Virus record (IMG/VR): IMGVR_UViG_3300032236_001850
Location: 186,001 to 250,000 of that record
Strand: one strand, 5' to 3'
Length of the DNA stretch: 64,000 nt
Every line of letters begins with the position of its first letter. Position 1 is the stretch's first letter. Below the pieces are notes generated by a model, which ran no database searches, was not told the origin of the DNA, and saw nothing but the letters and a program-made list of their open reading frames with translations. The translations under genes and the position numbers were made by a program. Shown here one piece after another: positions 47,884-59,086 of this stretch.

Positions 47884-49980
47884 ATGAGAAGAGGAGACGA
47901 CTACAAAAAGAAAATCTCACCATCGATGGACCAATACACTGGTGGTGACGAAGAAGATTACCAAAGCGATTACAAATCCAAAAAAGGAACTGGTAAAACG
48001 CCAGTTCTCGATTCACACTCCACAGATCTAACAGATCTTGCTTCTAGAGGTGAACTTGATCCCATTATAGGAAGGGATCCAGAGATAGAAAGAATTTCAC
48101 AAATCCTTTCCAGAAGAAAAAAGAACAACCCAGTACTTATCGGTGAACCAGGAGTTGGTAAATCTGCAATAGCAGAAGGACTTGCTTTAAAGATAGTTCA
48201 AAGAAAAGTTTCACAAACCTTGTTAAACAAAAGAATTCTGACATTGGATATGGGTTCTCTTGTGGCAGGAACCAAGTATAGAGGCCAATTCGAGGAAAGA
48301 ATTAAATCCATTATAGATGAGCTTAAAAAGAATCGTGATATCATTATATTCATCGACGAGCTACACACTATAATTGGAGCAGGTGGATCTTCGGGATCAC
48401 TTGATGCTTCCAATATGTTTAAGCCAGCATTAGCTAGAGGTGAAATTCAATGCATCGGAGCAACAACTCTGAATGAATATCGTCAACATATCGAGAAGGA
48501 CGGTGCACTGGAAAGAAGATTTCAAAAGGTTCTTGTAAATCCACCGGATATGGAAACCACTATAGATATTCTAAATAGTGTAAAATCCAAATATGAGGAT
48601 CATCACAACGTCAAATACACGGACGATGCCATAATCAACTGCGTAAAGCTCACAGAACGCTATATAACGGATCGAAACTTCCCGGACAAGGCTTTAGATG
48701 CCTTAGACGAAGCGGGCAGTAGAACGCAGCTAAGCGATGTTAAAGTGCCTGACACAATAACCAGATTGGAAAAGAATCTGTCACAGATCGCAATCGACAA
48801 ACAACTTGCAGTAAAAAGACAAGATTACGAGGGAGCAGCAAAATTCAGGGATCTACAAAGACACACAGAGGTTTCATTGGAATCAGAAATTAAACTCTGG
48901 GAGGCAAAGCTTAAGGGCAAAAAGAAAACAGTAGACGGTGAGAAGGTAGCTGAGGTTGTTGCTATGATGTCAGGAGTTCCTCTTAAGAAAGTTAACCAAG
49001 ACGAAAATTACAAGTTGGCTAATATGAGCTCTGAGCTTAAAGGTAAAGTGATTGGACAGGATCATGTTATAGAGAAAGTATCTAGAGCTGTTTTAAGAAA
49101 CCGAATGGGTATAAAAGATCCAAATAAACCAATTGGAACTTTTCTATTTCTTGGTCCTACCGGGGTAGGTAAAACTCAGTTGGCTAAGGAACTTGCTAAA
49201 TATATGTTTGGTGAGAGTGATTCCTTGATAAGAATCGACATGAGTGAATATGGCGAAAAGTTTGACGCAACAAAAATGTTTGGAGCACCTCCGGGATATG
49301 TTGGTCACGAAGATGGTGGACAACTCACAGAAAAAGTGAGAAGAAAACCATACTCGATTGTTCTATTCGACGAGATCGAAAAAGCACATCCTGAGATTTT
49401 CAATACACTTCTACAAATCCTGGACGAAGGTCATTTAACAGATGGACAAGGAAGAAAAATAAATTTCAAAAACACTCTAATCATTCTAACTTCGAATGTG
49501 GGTCAGAGAAAATTATCAGAGTTTGGGTCGAGTAGTGGATTTGCAATCTCAGCAAAAGCTAACAATAAGGAATTCGAAAACGAAGCTCTTCTTAAGAAGG
49601 AGTTGGAAAAGAAATTTTCACCAGAATTCATTAACAGACTAGACGATATTGTTTATTTCAAAGAATTAGCTAAAGAAAACATGTTGGATATTCTTGATGT
49701 TGAATTAAATAAAACATTACCAAGAATAGAATCACTAGGTTACAAAATCAAAATATCAGCAGATCTAAAAGAAAAGATATGTGATGAAGGATTCAATCCA
49801 AAATTTGGAGCAAGACCTTTAAAAAGAGTGGTTCAAAAATATATCGAGGACACCTTAGCGGATCTTATGGTACAAACCAAAGTAACGGAAGGAGACACAA
49901 TAACTCTTTCCTTCGATAAAGCAAAGGATGGAGGTATCCAACCACCAATAAAAGTCAAGGTAACAAAACCAAAAAAATAG
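47884..49980 (+). CDS. clpC: ClpC-type AAA+ ATPase lacking the N-terminal Clp domain
   Basis: GEPGVGKS, FIDELH, UVR-like middle domain, GPTGVGKT, FDEIEKAH, GARPL. Confidence 0.92.
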   Translation: MRRGDDYKKKISPSMDQYTGGDEEDYQSDYKSKKGTGKTPVLDSHSTDLTDLASRGELDPIIGRDPEIERISQILSRRKKNNPVLIGEPGVGKSAIAEGLALKIVQRKVSQTLLNKRILTLDMGSLVAGTKYRGQFEERIKSIIDELKKNRDIIIFIDELHTIIGAGGSSGSLDASNMFKPALARGEIQCIGATTLNEYRQHIEKDGALERRFQKVLVNPPDMETTIDILNSVKSKYEDHHNVKYTDDAIINCVKLTERYITDRNFPDKALDALDEAGSRTQLSDVKVPDTITRLEKNLSQIAIDKQLAVKRQDYEGAAKFRDLQRHTEVSLESEIKLWEAKLKGKKKTVDGEKVAEVVAMMSGVPLKKVNQDENYKLANMSSELKGKVIGQDHVIEKVSRAVLRNRMGIKDPNKPIGTFLFLGPTGVGKTQLAKELAKYMFGESDSLIRIDMSEYGEKFDATKMFGAPPGYVGHEDGGQLTEKVRRKPYSIVLFDEIEKAHPEIFNTLLQILDEGHLTDGQGRKINFKNTLIILTSNVGQRKLSEFGSSSGFAISAKANNKEFENEALLKKELEKKFSPEFINRLDDIVYFKELAKENMLDILDVELNKTLPRIESLGYKIKISADLKEKICDEGFNPKFGARPLKRVVQKYIEDTLADLMVQTKVTEGDTITLSFDKAKDGGIQPPIKVKVTKPKK

Positions 49981-50017
49981 TCAATAAAAAAGCCTAGATA
50001 TTATCTAGGCTTTTTTA

Positions 50018-50344
50018 TTATTTTTCTTCTCCCGATAGAGGTACACCAGGAATATCCATGGTCTTTATAGCTTTTAATGCTTTTCTAAAAACTGATTTTC
50101 CACCTTTACCTGGCCAGTTAGCTGCAAAAGCAAGCATGGATGTTGCTTTTCTTCTAACATCCTTAGCTGGTACTATTTTAGATTTTTTTACTCCACGAAG
50201 CATAGCTTTAGCTAGTTCCTCTCCGCTTTTATAAGCATCAGTTATTTCCTCCTCAGGTTTAATTTTAAGAATTTTGTGCATAAGACCTTTTTCTGCTTCA
50301 TTGATTGAATCGACAAAAGATTCGAATAGCATTAAGTTTTTCAT
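50018..50344 (-). CDS. putative virion protein
   Basis: MKNLMLFESFVDSINEAE; GATATATA upstream on the minus strand. Confidence 0.7.
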   Translation of the reverse strand: MKNLMLFESFVDSINEAEKGLMHKILKIKPEEEITDAYKSGEELAKAMLRGVKKSKIVPAKDVRRKATSMLAFAANWPGKGGKSVFRKALKAIKTMDIPGVPLSGEEK

Positions 50345-50395
50345 TTTTGTACTTTTTTTTTTGATATGATTATATATCATAAAAAAGAAAGAAAA

Positions 50396-50605
50396 ATGGG
50401 AATGTTACCTGAGGAAGATATGGAATCGAGGGATCTTCTAAAAGAAAATTATGTACTTAAAAGTAAAATAGCATATTCACTAGGATCATTGGAAGCAATA
50501 AGTTATCTTCTGAATAACGATGATCCTGAAATGCTAAGTAAAAATATGGATCACCTCAAAAACACAGTTGAGAGAGTTCTTTGTGATCTTAAAAAGAATT
50601 ACTAG
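50396..50605 (+). CDS. hypothetical protein
   Basis: Short helical ORF. Confidence 0.55.
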   Translation: MGMLPEEDMESRDLLKENYVLKSKIAYSLGSLEAISYLLNNDDPEMLSKNMDHLKNTVERVLCDLKKNY

Positions 50606-51258
50606 ATTTTTACTGTTATAAATCTAGTGTGATTTGTTAACATCTTATCTTCTATTTTTGTGTATTTTAAGGTTGATAGTCCATCTTTCATGATAGACTC
50701 AGGAGTGGCATTACCTATGAATCTGTTTAGTCGGTCTATATTTTTCATATATGGTGCATGTTCTATATGTCTCTCATGATCTAGAGATCTATATCTACAT
50801 TGTTTTCTATATATTGGTATATTCATGATCGAGCATCTATAAAGAACATCATCGTCCTCCGCACCCCAACCCCAATAATCATTTGAATAACCATTTATCT
50901 TAAGAAAGCTTGGTTTATCAAAGATAGTAACGCCACCAAAGTAACCATCATATGGCAATTTATAATCAAACTGCTCAGCTTGAGAAGCAAGGTGCGTTGG
51001 CCCATCGGTGTAATCATAATCGGAATCCTCAGGAAGCATATCAACATCATGGAAAACGTGATAATCACAGTTCACAGTTTCCTTGAAACCAATGTTTAAA
51101 AGTTTAGCTCTATTGAATCCCTTATCGCTTGTTTGGTTTACTATTATTATTTCAAATGGAATTTCTTCATCAGTCAACCATTTCTCCATATGTGGTATAA
51201 ACTGTTTAAGATGCTCATCTCTGTCTCTAAAAGGAACCACAACCGATAATTTTTTCAT
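50602..51258 (-). CDS. GT7 (beta-1,4-galactosyltransferase-like) glycosyltransferase
   Basis: VPFRDR..HL, FNRAKLLNIG, FHDVD, WGWGAEDDD. Confidence 0.9.
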   Translation of the reverse strand: MKKLSVVVPFRDRDEHLKQFIPHMEKWLTDEEIPFEIIIVNQTSDKGFNRAKLLNIGFKETVNCDYHVFHDVDMLPEDSDYDYTDGPTHLASQAEQFDYKLPYDGYFGGVTIFDKPSFLKINGYSNDYWGWGAEDDDVLYRCSIMNIPIYRKQCRYRSLDHERHIEHAPYMKNIDRLNRFIGNATPESIMKDGLSTLKYTKIEDKMLTNHTRFITVKI

Positions 51259-51361
51259 AAGATCACTTTTATATTTTTTAGCTTATTAATGTCTTTTTGT
51301 TCCTATAAAAGAGGAACTAAAAAGAAAAAAAGCAGTAAAATTATAAACAAGTAGAAAAAAT

Positions 51362-52156
51362 ATGATAACTTTCAATAATATCGGATATATGGGAAGGCTT
51401 GGAAATCAAATGTTTCAGCTGGCCTCGACTATTGGAATAGCAAGAAGACTGGGTTTGGATCCAGTTTTTCCTCTAGAAAACTTTGGAAGTCAATCTCCAT
51501 ATTCACATGAAGGATGCGATCTATTGCAATGTTTTAATATTCCAGAGGCATTTATAAAACCGATTTCTGATATTCAAATAAATTACATATATTCAGAATC
51601 TGGATTTAATTATAATCGGGAAATATCTGATATACCAGATTACACAGCACTTTCCGGATATTTCCAAACTGAAAAATATTTTGAGCATATAGAATCTGAA
51701 ATAAGGGAGATATTCACATTCAGAGATTCAATAGAAAATATTACAGAATCTATGGATATTAATACAAATAATTCGGTTTCAATCCATATACGTAGAGGAG
51801 ATTATTTATCATCTCCAGATCATCACCCAACACAAGATGCTGAATATTATAAAAAGAGTATATCTGAATTTGGATCTGATAAAATATTTTACATATTTTC
51901 TGATGATATTGAGTGGTGCAGACAAATATTTACGGGAAGCAATTTCAGATTTATAGATAGCGGAAATCCATATGTAGATTTATGCATCATGTCGAAATTA
52001 AAGAATCACATCATAGCAAATAGTTCATTTAGTTGGTGGGGTGCATGGCTATCTGGCAAGGATTCAAAAGTGGTGGCACCCATAAGATGGTTTGGACCAG
52101 CTCTAGCAAACAAGGATACGTCGGACATCTATTGTAAAAATTGGATAAAAATATGA
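51362..52156 (+). CDS. GT11 alpha-1,2-fucosyltransferase
   Basis: GRLGNQMFQ, HIRRGDY, FSDD..WC, NSSFSWWGAWL. Confidence 0.92.
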   Translation: MITFNNIGYMGRLGNQMFQLASTIGIARRLGLDPVFPLENFGSQSPYSHEGCDLLQCFNIPEAFIKPISDIQINYIYSESGFNYNREISDIPDYTALSGYFQTEKYFEHIESEIREIFTFRDSIENITESMDINTNNSVSIHIRRGDYLSSPDHHPTQDAEYYKKSISEFGSDKIFYIFSDDIEWCRQIFTGSNFRFIDSGNPYVDLCIMSKLKNHIIANSSFSWWGAWLSGKDSKVVAPIRWFGPALANKDTSDIYCKNWIKI

Positions 52157-52824
52157 AAAATAACATAACATACATTACGTATGCAACTGGTGAAAAATAT
52201 ATAGAGGCTTCATCTAGAATTTTTGAAGAAACCAGAGGATTATTTGATTCCTCTATAATATACGGAAGAGAAGACCTCGATATGGATTTTTATAAAAAAA
52301 ATTCAAAAGTATTAGACTCTAAAAAAGGTGCTGGATATTGGTTATGGAAACCATATCTAATACTAAAGACAATGGAGAAAATTAGTAATGATGATATAGT
52401 ATTTTATCTTGATCTTGGAGATCAACTATATAATAGCATTAGTAATTTTATCAGAGAAACAATAGCTGAAAATTCTGGATTTTTTCTCGTTAGCGGAAAT
52501 TTCATTAATAAGGATTGGACAAAACAGGAATGCTTCAACCTGATGGAAAGCTATGGTGAAAATTATAAGGAAACAAATCAATTAGAAGCAGGATGTTGCG
52601 CTTTTCAAAAAAGTGATAATGTTATATCATTTCTGAAAGAATGGCTATTTTTTTGTAGTGATTATCGGGTAGTATCTGATGACACATCAATAGCAAACGA
52701 TCGACATTTTATCGAGCATAGATACGATCAAAGCATATTAACAAACCTTGCTATTAAACATAATGTAAAAACTGTACCAATTTCAACAGTTTCAAATTAT
52801 ATCACATATAACAAATACTTCTAA
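52153..52824 (+). CDS. putative glycosyltransferase, paralog of 58374
   Basis: GAGYWLWK, FYLD, HRYDQSIL. Confidence 0.7.
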   Translation: MKNNITYITYATGEKYIEASSRIFEETRGLFDSSIIYGREDLDMDFYKKNSKVLDSKKGAGYWLWKPYLILKTMEKISNDDIVFYLDLGDQLYNSISNFIRETIAENSGFFLVSGNFINKDWTKQECFNLMESYGENYKETNQLEAGCCAFQKSDNVISFLKEWLFFCSDYRVVSDDTSIANDRHFIEHRYDQSILTNLAIKHNVKTVPISTVSNYITYNKYF

Positions 52825-53501
52825 TGATAGTGGGCAATGGTTTAATAGGAAGAAGTTTAAGAGAAATTGACAGAGATGATGTTATATTTTTTGCATCCGG
52901 TGTTTCTAATTCAAAATGTAGAGACGACAAAGAATTTAAGAGAGAAATAGATCTACTATCAAAATATACTGGAACAGATAATATATTTATATATTTTAGT
53001 TCAGTTCATTCCTATATAACAAATGAATTCTATCTGGAGCATAAAAGAAAAATGGAGAAATTAATATCATCAAGTATTAAGAATCATATCATAATAAGGC
53101 TCCCACAAATAATAGGGGACGAAGGTAATCAGAGCAATCTCATAAATTTTCTGCTTGAAAAAATAAAAAATGGTGAGGAATTTGATATGTACCAAACAAA
53201 AAGAAGTTTGCTTGACATCAGCGATTTAGTTAAAATAGTTAAATTCCTAATAGAATCTAAATATGTTGGATTTTTTGATATAAATTACACCGAGACGATT
53301 AAAGTGGACGATATTATAAAAATAATAAGCGATTTTACTAAAAATAAACCATTAATTAGATCCGTAATTAATATGGATATAGAGATACCAGAAAATACTG
53401 AATTTGTTAACATGGTTCTAGGGATATACATAAAAGAAATAAACTACAATAAAAAAATAATAACAAAGTATCTAAATAAAAAATACAAACAGAATGAATG
53501 A
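52824..53501 (+). CDS. NAD-dependent epimerase/dehydratase-like protein
   Basis: IVGNGLIG, FASGVSNS, Y..HK. Confidence 0.8.
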   Translation: MIVGNGLIGRSLREIDRDDVIFFASGVSNSKCRDDKEFKREIDLLSKYTGTDNIFIYFSSVHSYITNEFYLEHKRKMEKLISSSIKNHIIIRLPQIIGDEGNQSNLINFLLEKIKNGEEFDMYQTKRSLLDISDLVKIVKFLIESKYVGFFDINYTETIKVDDIIKIISDFTKNKPLIRSVINMDIEIPENTEFVNMVLGIYIKEINYNKKIITKYLNKKYKQNE

Positions 53502-54243
53502 ATTTAATAAAGATTTTGAAAAATTTTCAAATGAATGGACAAATACCGAGGATTATAATGATTTAGTTTATAACTATTTCGACAATAAGGTGACAGAAAT
53601 ACCATATCTATCAAAGCATTTTGATATTGTATCGAAACATCAACTTGGATATGGAGAAAAACCATTTAGATACCTTTGGCTACTTATATTTAATGAATTA
53701 CCAGATAATGCAAAATTTTTAGAGATCGGGGTATTTAAAGGGTCCATATTGGCACTCTCACAAATTTGCGCAAGCAACCTACAAAAAGAAATAAAATGTT
53801 ATGGGGTTACTCCATTAAGTCCCGTTGGCGATAAATACTCCATTTATGATAACGATAATTATGACGATAGCATATCATTTCTTTTCTCCCAGCTAGAAAT
53901 AGACAGAAAGAATACAACCATAATAAACGGATTATCGACAGACGATGTAATAAAGGAGAAAGTAATAACAACCGGAAAATTCGACGCGATTTATATTGAT
54001 GGGGGTCACGATTATGAAACTGTCATTAACGATATAGATCTAGCAGATTTAGCACTGAAGGATAATGGATTACTAATAATGGACGATGCATCATCGCTAT
54101 TAAATTTATCTGATAACTACCCAGGAAGATTCAAAGGACATATGGACGTGGCTAAAGCAATAGTGGATGATCTAGATAAAAGGAAAAATTATAAACATCT
54201 ATTTGCATGCGGTCATAACAGGGTATGGAAAAAAATATCATAG
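53494..54243 (+). CDS. class I SAM-dependent methyltransferase
   Basis: LEIGVFKG, IYIDGGHDYE, GLLIMDD. Confidence 0.85.
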   Translation: MNEFNKDFEKFSNEWTNTEDYNDLVYNYFDNKVTEIPYLSKHFDIVSKHQLGYGEKPFRYLWLLIFNELPDNAKFLEIGVFKGSILALSQICASNLQKEIKCYGVTPLSPVGDKYSIYDNDNYDDSISFLFSQLEIDRKNTTIINGLSTDDVIKEKVITTGKFDAIYIDGGHDYETVINDIDLADLALKDNGLLIMDDASSLLNLSDNYPGRFKGHMDVAKAIVDDLDKRKNYKHLFACGHNRVWKKIS

Positions 54244-54248
54244 ATAAT

Positions 54249-55037
54249 ATGAATCCAAAAATAGCAATGTGTATATCTGGAGAAATGAGAAATTTTACAG
54301 ATCCACTAATAATAGATAATTTAAAAAAGGTAATAAAGGATCTTGGTTGCGACTTGTTTATATCCACATGGTCACATGGAGGTGTATCTTATAATAAAAT
54401 AAATAGCAACATACTAGATAGAAAAAATGACATCATAGAAAATCTTCAGGATAATATACATGACGTATTCTCAGAAAATTTAAAATTGCTAGAGATTGAA
54501 AGCTATAATAATTGGATAGATAACCTTGATCCGGCAATCATAGAGATGATGTCATCAAAACTAATCGGAGGTGAGGCTGTAACCTCACCTCCTCAATTGT
54601 ATAAAATATACAAATGTAACCAATTAAAAACAACATACGAGAAATTAAATTCATTTGAATATGATATAGCTATAAGAGTCAGACCAGATCTTATATTTAT
54701 GGAAACACCAGAAATGACCAATCTTGATAAGATAAATCACATAAATTTTGGAATAAAAGGAGCATATTGGCCAATGAGAATCTTTGATATATTTTTCTAC
54801 TCAAATAATGATTCTATGAATAAGATATCAAATTCATGGCTATCAATTTTAGAGGATTCGAATAACCCAATCAATAATGAATTAGATCCAAGAGATGCAT
54901 GTAGCTTACTATACATAAACGCAATTAAGAATAATATAGGTGTTAACGATCTACAAAAAAGAATATGTGGGGTTTATAGGGGTGAGGGTTATGAACAATT
55001 TGTCAGAAGCATAGAATGGATGAACAATGGAAAATAG
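54249..55037 (+). CDS. glycan-modification-associated hypothetical protein
   Basis: IA.CISG..R, D.FISTW, YD..IR.RPD. Confidence 0.6.
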   Translation: MNPKIAMCISGEMRNFTDPLIIDNLKKVIKDLGCDLFISTWSHGGVSYNKINSNILDRKNDIIENLQDNIHDVFSENLKLLEIESYNNWIDNLDPAIIEMMSSKLIGGEAVTSPPQLYKIYKCNQLKTTYEKLNSFEYDIAIRVRPDLIFMETPEMTNLDKINHINFGIKGAYWPMRIFDIFFYSNNDSMNKISNSWLSILEDSNNPINNELDPRDACSLLYINAIKNNIGVNDLQKRICGVYRGEGYEQFVRSIEWMNNGK

Positions 55038-56922
55038 CATGAATATAATAATACCAGTTTGCGGGGAAGGAAAGAGATTCTCTGAAGAGAATTATGACCA
55101 CCCAAAACCACTAGTTAGAGCTCTAGGAAAACAAATTATATTCTGGAATCTCCAGAATATAATAACAGATGTCAATGACACAATATTTATAATATACAGA
55201 AAAGAATTTGAGATTTATAATTTTGAATCGTTGCTTAATAACGAGTTTCCAAAATATAACTTTAAATATGTAAAAGTAGCAAATAATACTAGGGGAGCTG
55301 CAGAAACAGTATTGTGCGCAATTGATATTATGGATGACGATGAGCTAGAAAGGCAAACTTTAATCCTTGATTCGGATAACATATACCAAAAAGATATAGT
55401 GGATGTAACTAGAAGATTGGGTGGAAATATAATTTTTTTTACTGTTGATAAAAACGAGCTACCTATATTTTCATATATAAAAACATCCAATGATTCATCC
55501 GTTATCGATATAAGGGAGAAAGAAAAAATATCGGACAATGCCTGTACTGGTGCATACGCATTCACAAATTCTAAGATATTGAGAGAATATTCAATAGATC
55601 TAATAAAAAGTGGGGAAACCCAGAAAAAAGAATATTATATATCAAGCGTATATAAAAGCATGCTGGAGAATGGTGAGAATATAAAGTCAATAGAATCTAC
55701 CGATTTTGACTGTTTAGGTACACCAAATCAACTTAAAACATTTTCCTCAAGTTTCAATGACAAAATGCAGAAATGTAGATTTTGTTTCGATCTTGATAAC
55801 ACTTTGGTAACATATCCGGAGAAAAGTGGTGATTATTCAACGGTCAAGCCGATTAAAAAAACAATAGATTTTCTAAATTTTTTACATTCACTTGGACACA
55901 CTATCATAATCCACACTGCTAGAAGAATGAAAACACATAAGGGAAATGTAGGAGCTGTACAAGCAGATATAGCGTCAATCACTCTTAAAACATTGGAAGA
56001 CTTTGGAATAAATTATGATGAAATATATTTCGGTAAACCCTATGCAAATTTCTATATAGATGATCTTTCATTAAATCCATCCAGAGATCTAGAAAAAGGT
56101 ACAGGATTCTATAACATACATCCAGAAACCAGAAGTCACAATAAAATAGAAATTCTTGAAAATTCAATAAAAAAATATTCCTCAAATATATCAGGAGAAA
56201 AATACTTCTATCAAAATATACCCTCAGATGTAAAGAATTTTTTTCCATCAATATTAGACAGCGGTGAAAATTACATAACGATAGAAAAAATAAAGGGTAT
56301 ACCATTATCTTTTATAAATTCTAATAAAACGTTAACTAAAGATATAATATTTTCAATATTGAATCACATAGAAGTCTTACATTCAGCAAAAAAATGTGAG
56401 GAAGAAATTGACATCTATGAAAACTATTCAAAAAAACTTAGAGAAAGAATTTTAAATTATGATACAAAAAAATTTAATAATTCAGAAAAGATCATAAATC
56501 ATAACTTAGAATATCTTGAAAATTACGAGAAAGAAAAAAGGGGAAGATTAAGTGTTATACACGGGGATCCAGTTTTTAGTAATATATTAATAGACAATAA
56601 TAATCAAATAAAATTCATAGATATGAGGGGTAAAATAGGTGATACACTAACAATATTTGGTGATTCATTATACGATTATTCCAAAATATATCAATCTATC
56701 ATAGGATATGATTTTATTCTCATGGATAAAGAAATAGATTCACCTTATATAGAAAGGAATAAAGAAATATTTTGCAGCTGGATACTGGAAAAATATAATG
56801 ATGAGTGTATAACCATATTATCAGATATAAAAGAAATAACAAAAAGTCTAATATTATCACTGTTACCAATCCACGATAATGAAAAATGTATCCATTATTA
56901 TAAACTTATAGAAATGCTATGA
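55027..56922 (+). CDS. nucleotidyltransferase - HAD phosphatase - kinase fusion
   Basis: G.GKRF....PKPL; FDLDNTL...GKP....YIDD; HGDP..SN, IDMRG. Confidence 0.85.
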   Translation: MENSMNIIIPVCGEGKRFSEENYDHPKPLVRALGKQIIFWNLQNIITDVNDTIFIIYRKEFEIYNFESLLNNEFPKYNFKYVKVANNTRGAAETVLCAIDIMDDDELERQTLILDSDNIYQKDIVDVTRRLGGNIIFFTVDKNELPIFSYIKTSNDSSVIDIREKEKISDNACTGAYAFTNSKILREYSIDLIKSGETQKKEYYISSVYKSMLENGENIKSIESTDFDCLGTPNQLKTFSSSFNDKMQKCRFCFDLDNTLVTYPEKSGDYSTVKPIKKTIDFLNFLHSLGHTIIIHTARRMKTHKGNVGAVQADIASITLKTLEDFGINYDEIYFGKPYANFYIDDLSLNPSRDLEKGTGFYNIHPETRSHNKIEILENSIKKYSSNISGEKYFYQNIPSDVKNFFPSILDSGENYITIEKIKGIPLSFINSNKTLTKDIIFSILNHIEVLHSAKKCEEEIDIYENYSKKLRERILNYDTKKFNNSEKIINHNLEYLENYEKEKRGRLSVIHGDPVFSNILIDNNNQIKFIDMRGKIGDTLTIFGDSLYDYSKIYQSIIGYDFILMDKEIDSPYIERNKEIFCSWILEKYNDECITILSDIKEITKSLILSLLPIHDNEKCIHYYKLIEML

Positions 56923-57566
56923 TAAACAAAATATTCGAAAAAATATACTGCATTAATCTCGATAAAAGAACAGATCGATGGGAGAGATGTAAAAAAATAT
57001 TTCAGGATAATAAAATAGAGGTTGAAAGAATATCAGCAATGGAAGGTGAATCCATACAACTTGATGTACCAAATGATTTAAAACCAGGGGAACTTGGTTG
57101 TATGTTTTCACATCTTAATATTATCAAAAATGCAAAGGATAATGGAATAGAATCTGTGCTTATATTCGAGGATGATGTGGAATTTGCTGAAGATTTCAAT
57201 AATCTATTCGAAGCATATATGAAACAAGTACCAGAAGATTGGCAACTTTTATATCTCGGAGGAAATCATTCTTTATGTAATATACATATGAGAACCGATG
57301 ATATTCCACCAGTTCAGATTTCCGAAAATGTATATAAAATAAACAGAGCATTCTCATGTCATGCATATGCAGTTAGAAATAATATGTACGAGAGGTTAAT
57401 AGAAAAAGCAAACCACGCATCATACAATCTTCCAATAGATGTATTATACTCCCAATTGCAGTATGATTCGAGATCCTATCTAATCAGACCGCATTTATGT
57501 TGGCAAAGAGAAGACTATTCAGATATACAAAAAGAAAATGTAAATTACGAATTTTTAAGATATTAA
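56919..57566 (+). CDS. GT25 glycosyltransferase
   Basis: INL..R.DR, GE.GC..SH, IFEDD. Confidence 0.88.
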   Translation: MINKIFEKIYCINLDKRTDRWERCKKIFQDNKIEVERISAMEGESIQLDVPNDLKPGELGCMFSHLNIIKNAKDNGIESVLIFEDDVEFAEDFNNLFEAYMKQVPEDWQLLYLGGNHSLCNIHMRTDDIPPVQISENVYKINRAFSCHAYAVRNNMYERLIEKANHASYNLPIDVLYSQLQYDSRSYLIRPHLCWQREDYSDIQKENVNYEFLRY

Positions 57567-57567
57567 A

Positions 57568-58377
57568 ATGTTTAGATTAAATATGAAATCGAGCGAATTC
57601 TCTACTGGTACATGTTCAACCGGGAACAGAGAACTGAATAAATTCACATGGGATTTCTTCTCGTCGGAAAACAACATCTCAGTATACCTAGATTCCGATG
57701 CAAGAATGGGTATAGAGAATAAAAATGACGGAAAGATAAAATTTCTATGGACCATAGAATCGAGATGTTTTAATAATGGAACATTCGATTTCATCAAAAA
57801 TAATATGAATGAGATATTAGAAACATATGAAATGATATTTACATATAATGATGAACTTCTAAAATATAGTGATAAATTCAAATGGATATTTGCTATGGGT
57901 TCATGGATAAAAAATCCAGAGATTCATAAAAAAACAAAGTTATTGTCCATGATAACATCAAACAAAATAGGAACCGAACAACAAATATACAGGTACAATT
58001 TTGCAATAAATAATATTGGGAAGTTTGATATTTATGGTAGAGGATTTAGAGAAATAGTAGACAAGGAAGAGGGACTAAACGATTATATGTTTTCCGTATG
58101 CATAGAAAATGATACCCTTGACACATATTTCACCGAAAAGATATTAGATTGCTTTGCAACTGGAACAATACCAGTATATAAGGGTACAAGAAATATAGTT
58201 AATCATTTCAATTCTGATGGAATTATATTTCTTGATGATATCGAATTATCAGAACTTACTCCAGATCTGTATAATTCGAAATTATCAGCAATTGCGGACA
58301 ACTTTGAAAGGGTTAAAAATTATATGTTACCAGAGAATTATATGTATGACGAATATCTAAAATTTTTTAACAAGTGA
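57568..58377 (+). CDS. GT10-like fucosyltransferase
   Basis: Y.FS.CIEN.....YFTEKI.D.F..GTIPVY.G. Confidence 0.8.
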   Translation: MFRLNMKSSEFSTGTCSTGNRELNKFTWDFFSSENNISVYLDSDARMGIENKNDGKIKFLWTIESRCFNNGTFDFIKNNMNEILETYEMIFTYNDELLKYSDKFKWIFAMGSWIKNPEIHKKTKLLSMITSNKIGTEQQIYRYNFAINNIGKFDIYGRGFREIVDKEEGLNDYMFSVCIENDTLDTYFTEKILDCFATGTIPVYKGTRNIVNHFNSDGIIFLDDIELSELTPDLYNSKLSAIADNFERVKNYMLPENYMYDEYLKFFNK

Positions 58378-59084
58378 AAAAATATCTTATAAATTATGCT
58401 GATCTTTCGCATACATTGGCACAAAAAAGAAATACAACATCCGGGTATGATGTGGGTGGATTTGATGAAATAATCGAATACAATAGAAACAGCATAGATC
58501 CAGTATTTTTAGAATCAAATAAAACAATATTCGACAGCTCAAGAGGTGCTGGATATTGGTTATGGAAATCCTATATAATAAATAAAACACTTGAATCGAT
58601 GAGCGAGGAAGACGTATTGTTTTATTCGGATTCGGGTATAACATTCATAAATAATATAGATCCACTCATTGAGAAATTAAATAGATCAGAGAATGGAATA
58701 TTGTTATTCGAACTGGAGGATTACCACACAAATAAAAAATGGACAAAGCGGGATACTTTTTACTACATGGGATGTGACTCAGCAGAATACTCAGACAGGA
58801 CACAAATACTTGCAAGCTATATTATATTAAGAAAAAACAACTTCACAGTATCATTTATAAAAGAGTGGCTTAATTTCTCACAGGATTCTAGAATCATAAC
58901 AGATTCACCGAATGAATGTGGACTACCAAACTACGAAGAATTCATAGATCATAGACACGATCAAAGTATATTAAGTCTACTCGGAAGAAAATACCAAATA
59001 GATACACTTCCCGATATATCTCAATACGGAGAAGGAAGAAACACAATGAAGCAAATAATAGATCATAATAGAAATAGAGATTAA
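58374..59084 (+). CDS. putative glycosyltransferase, paralog of 52153
   Basis: GAGYWLWK, YSDSG, HRHDQSIL. Confidence 0.7.
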   Translation: MKKYLINYADLSHTLAQKRNTTSGYDVGGFDEIIEYNRNSIDPVFLESNKTIFDSSRGAGYWLWKSYIINKTLESMSEEDVLFYSDSGITFINNIDPLIEKLNRSENGILLFELEDYHTNKKWTKRDTFYYMGCDSAEYSDRTQILASYIILRKNNFTVSFIKEWLNFSQDSRIITDSPNECGLPNYEEFIDHRHDQSILSLLGRKYQIDTLPDISQYGEGRNTMKQIIDHNRNRD

Positions 59085-59086
59085 TC

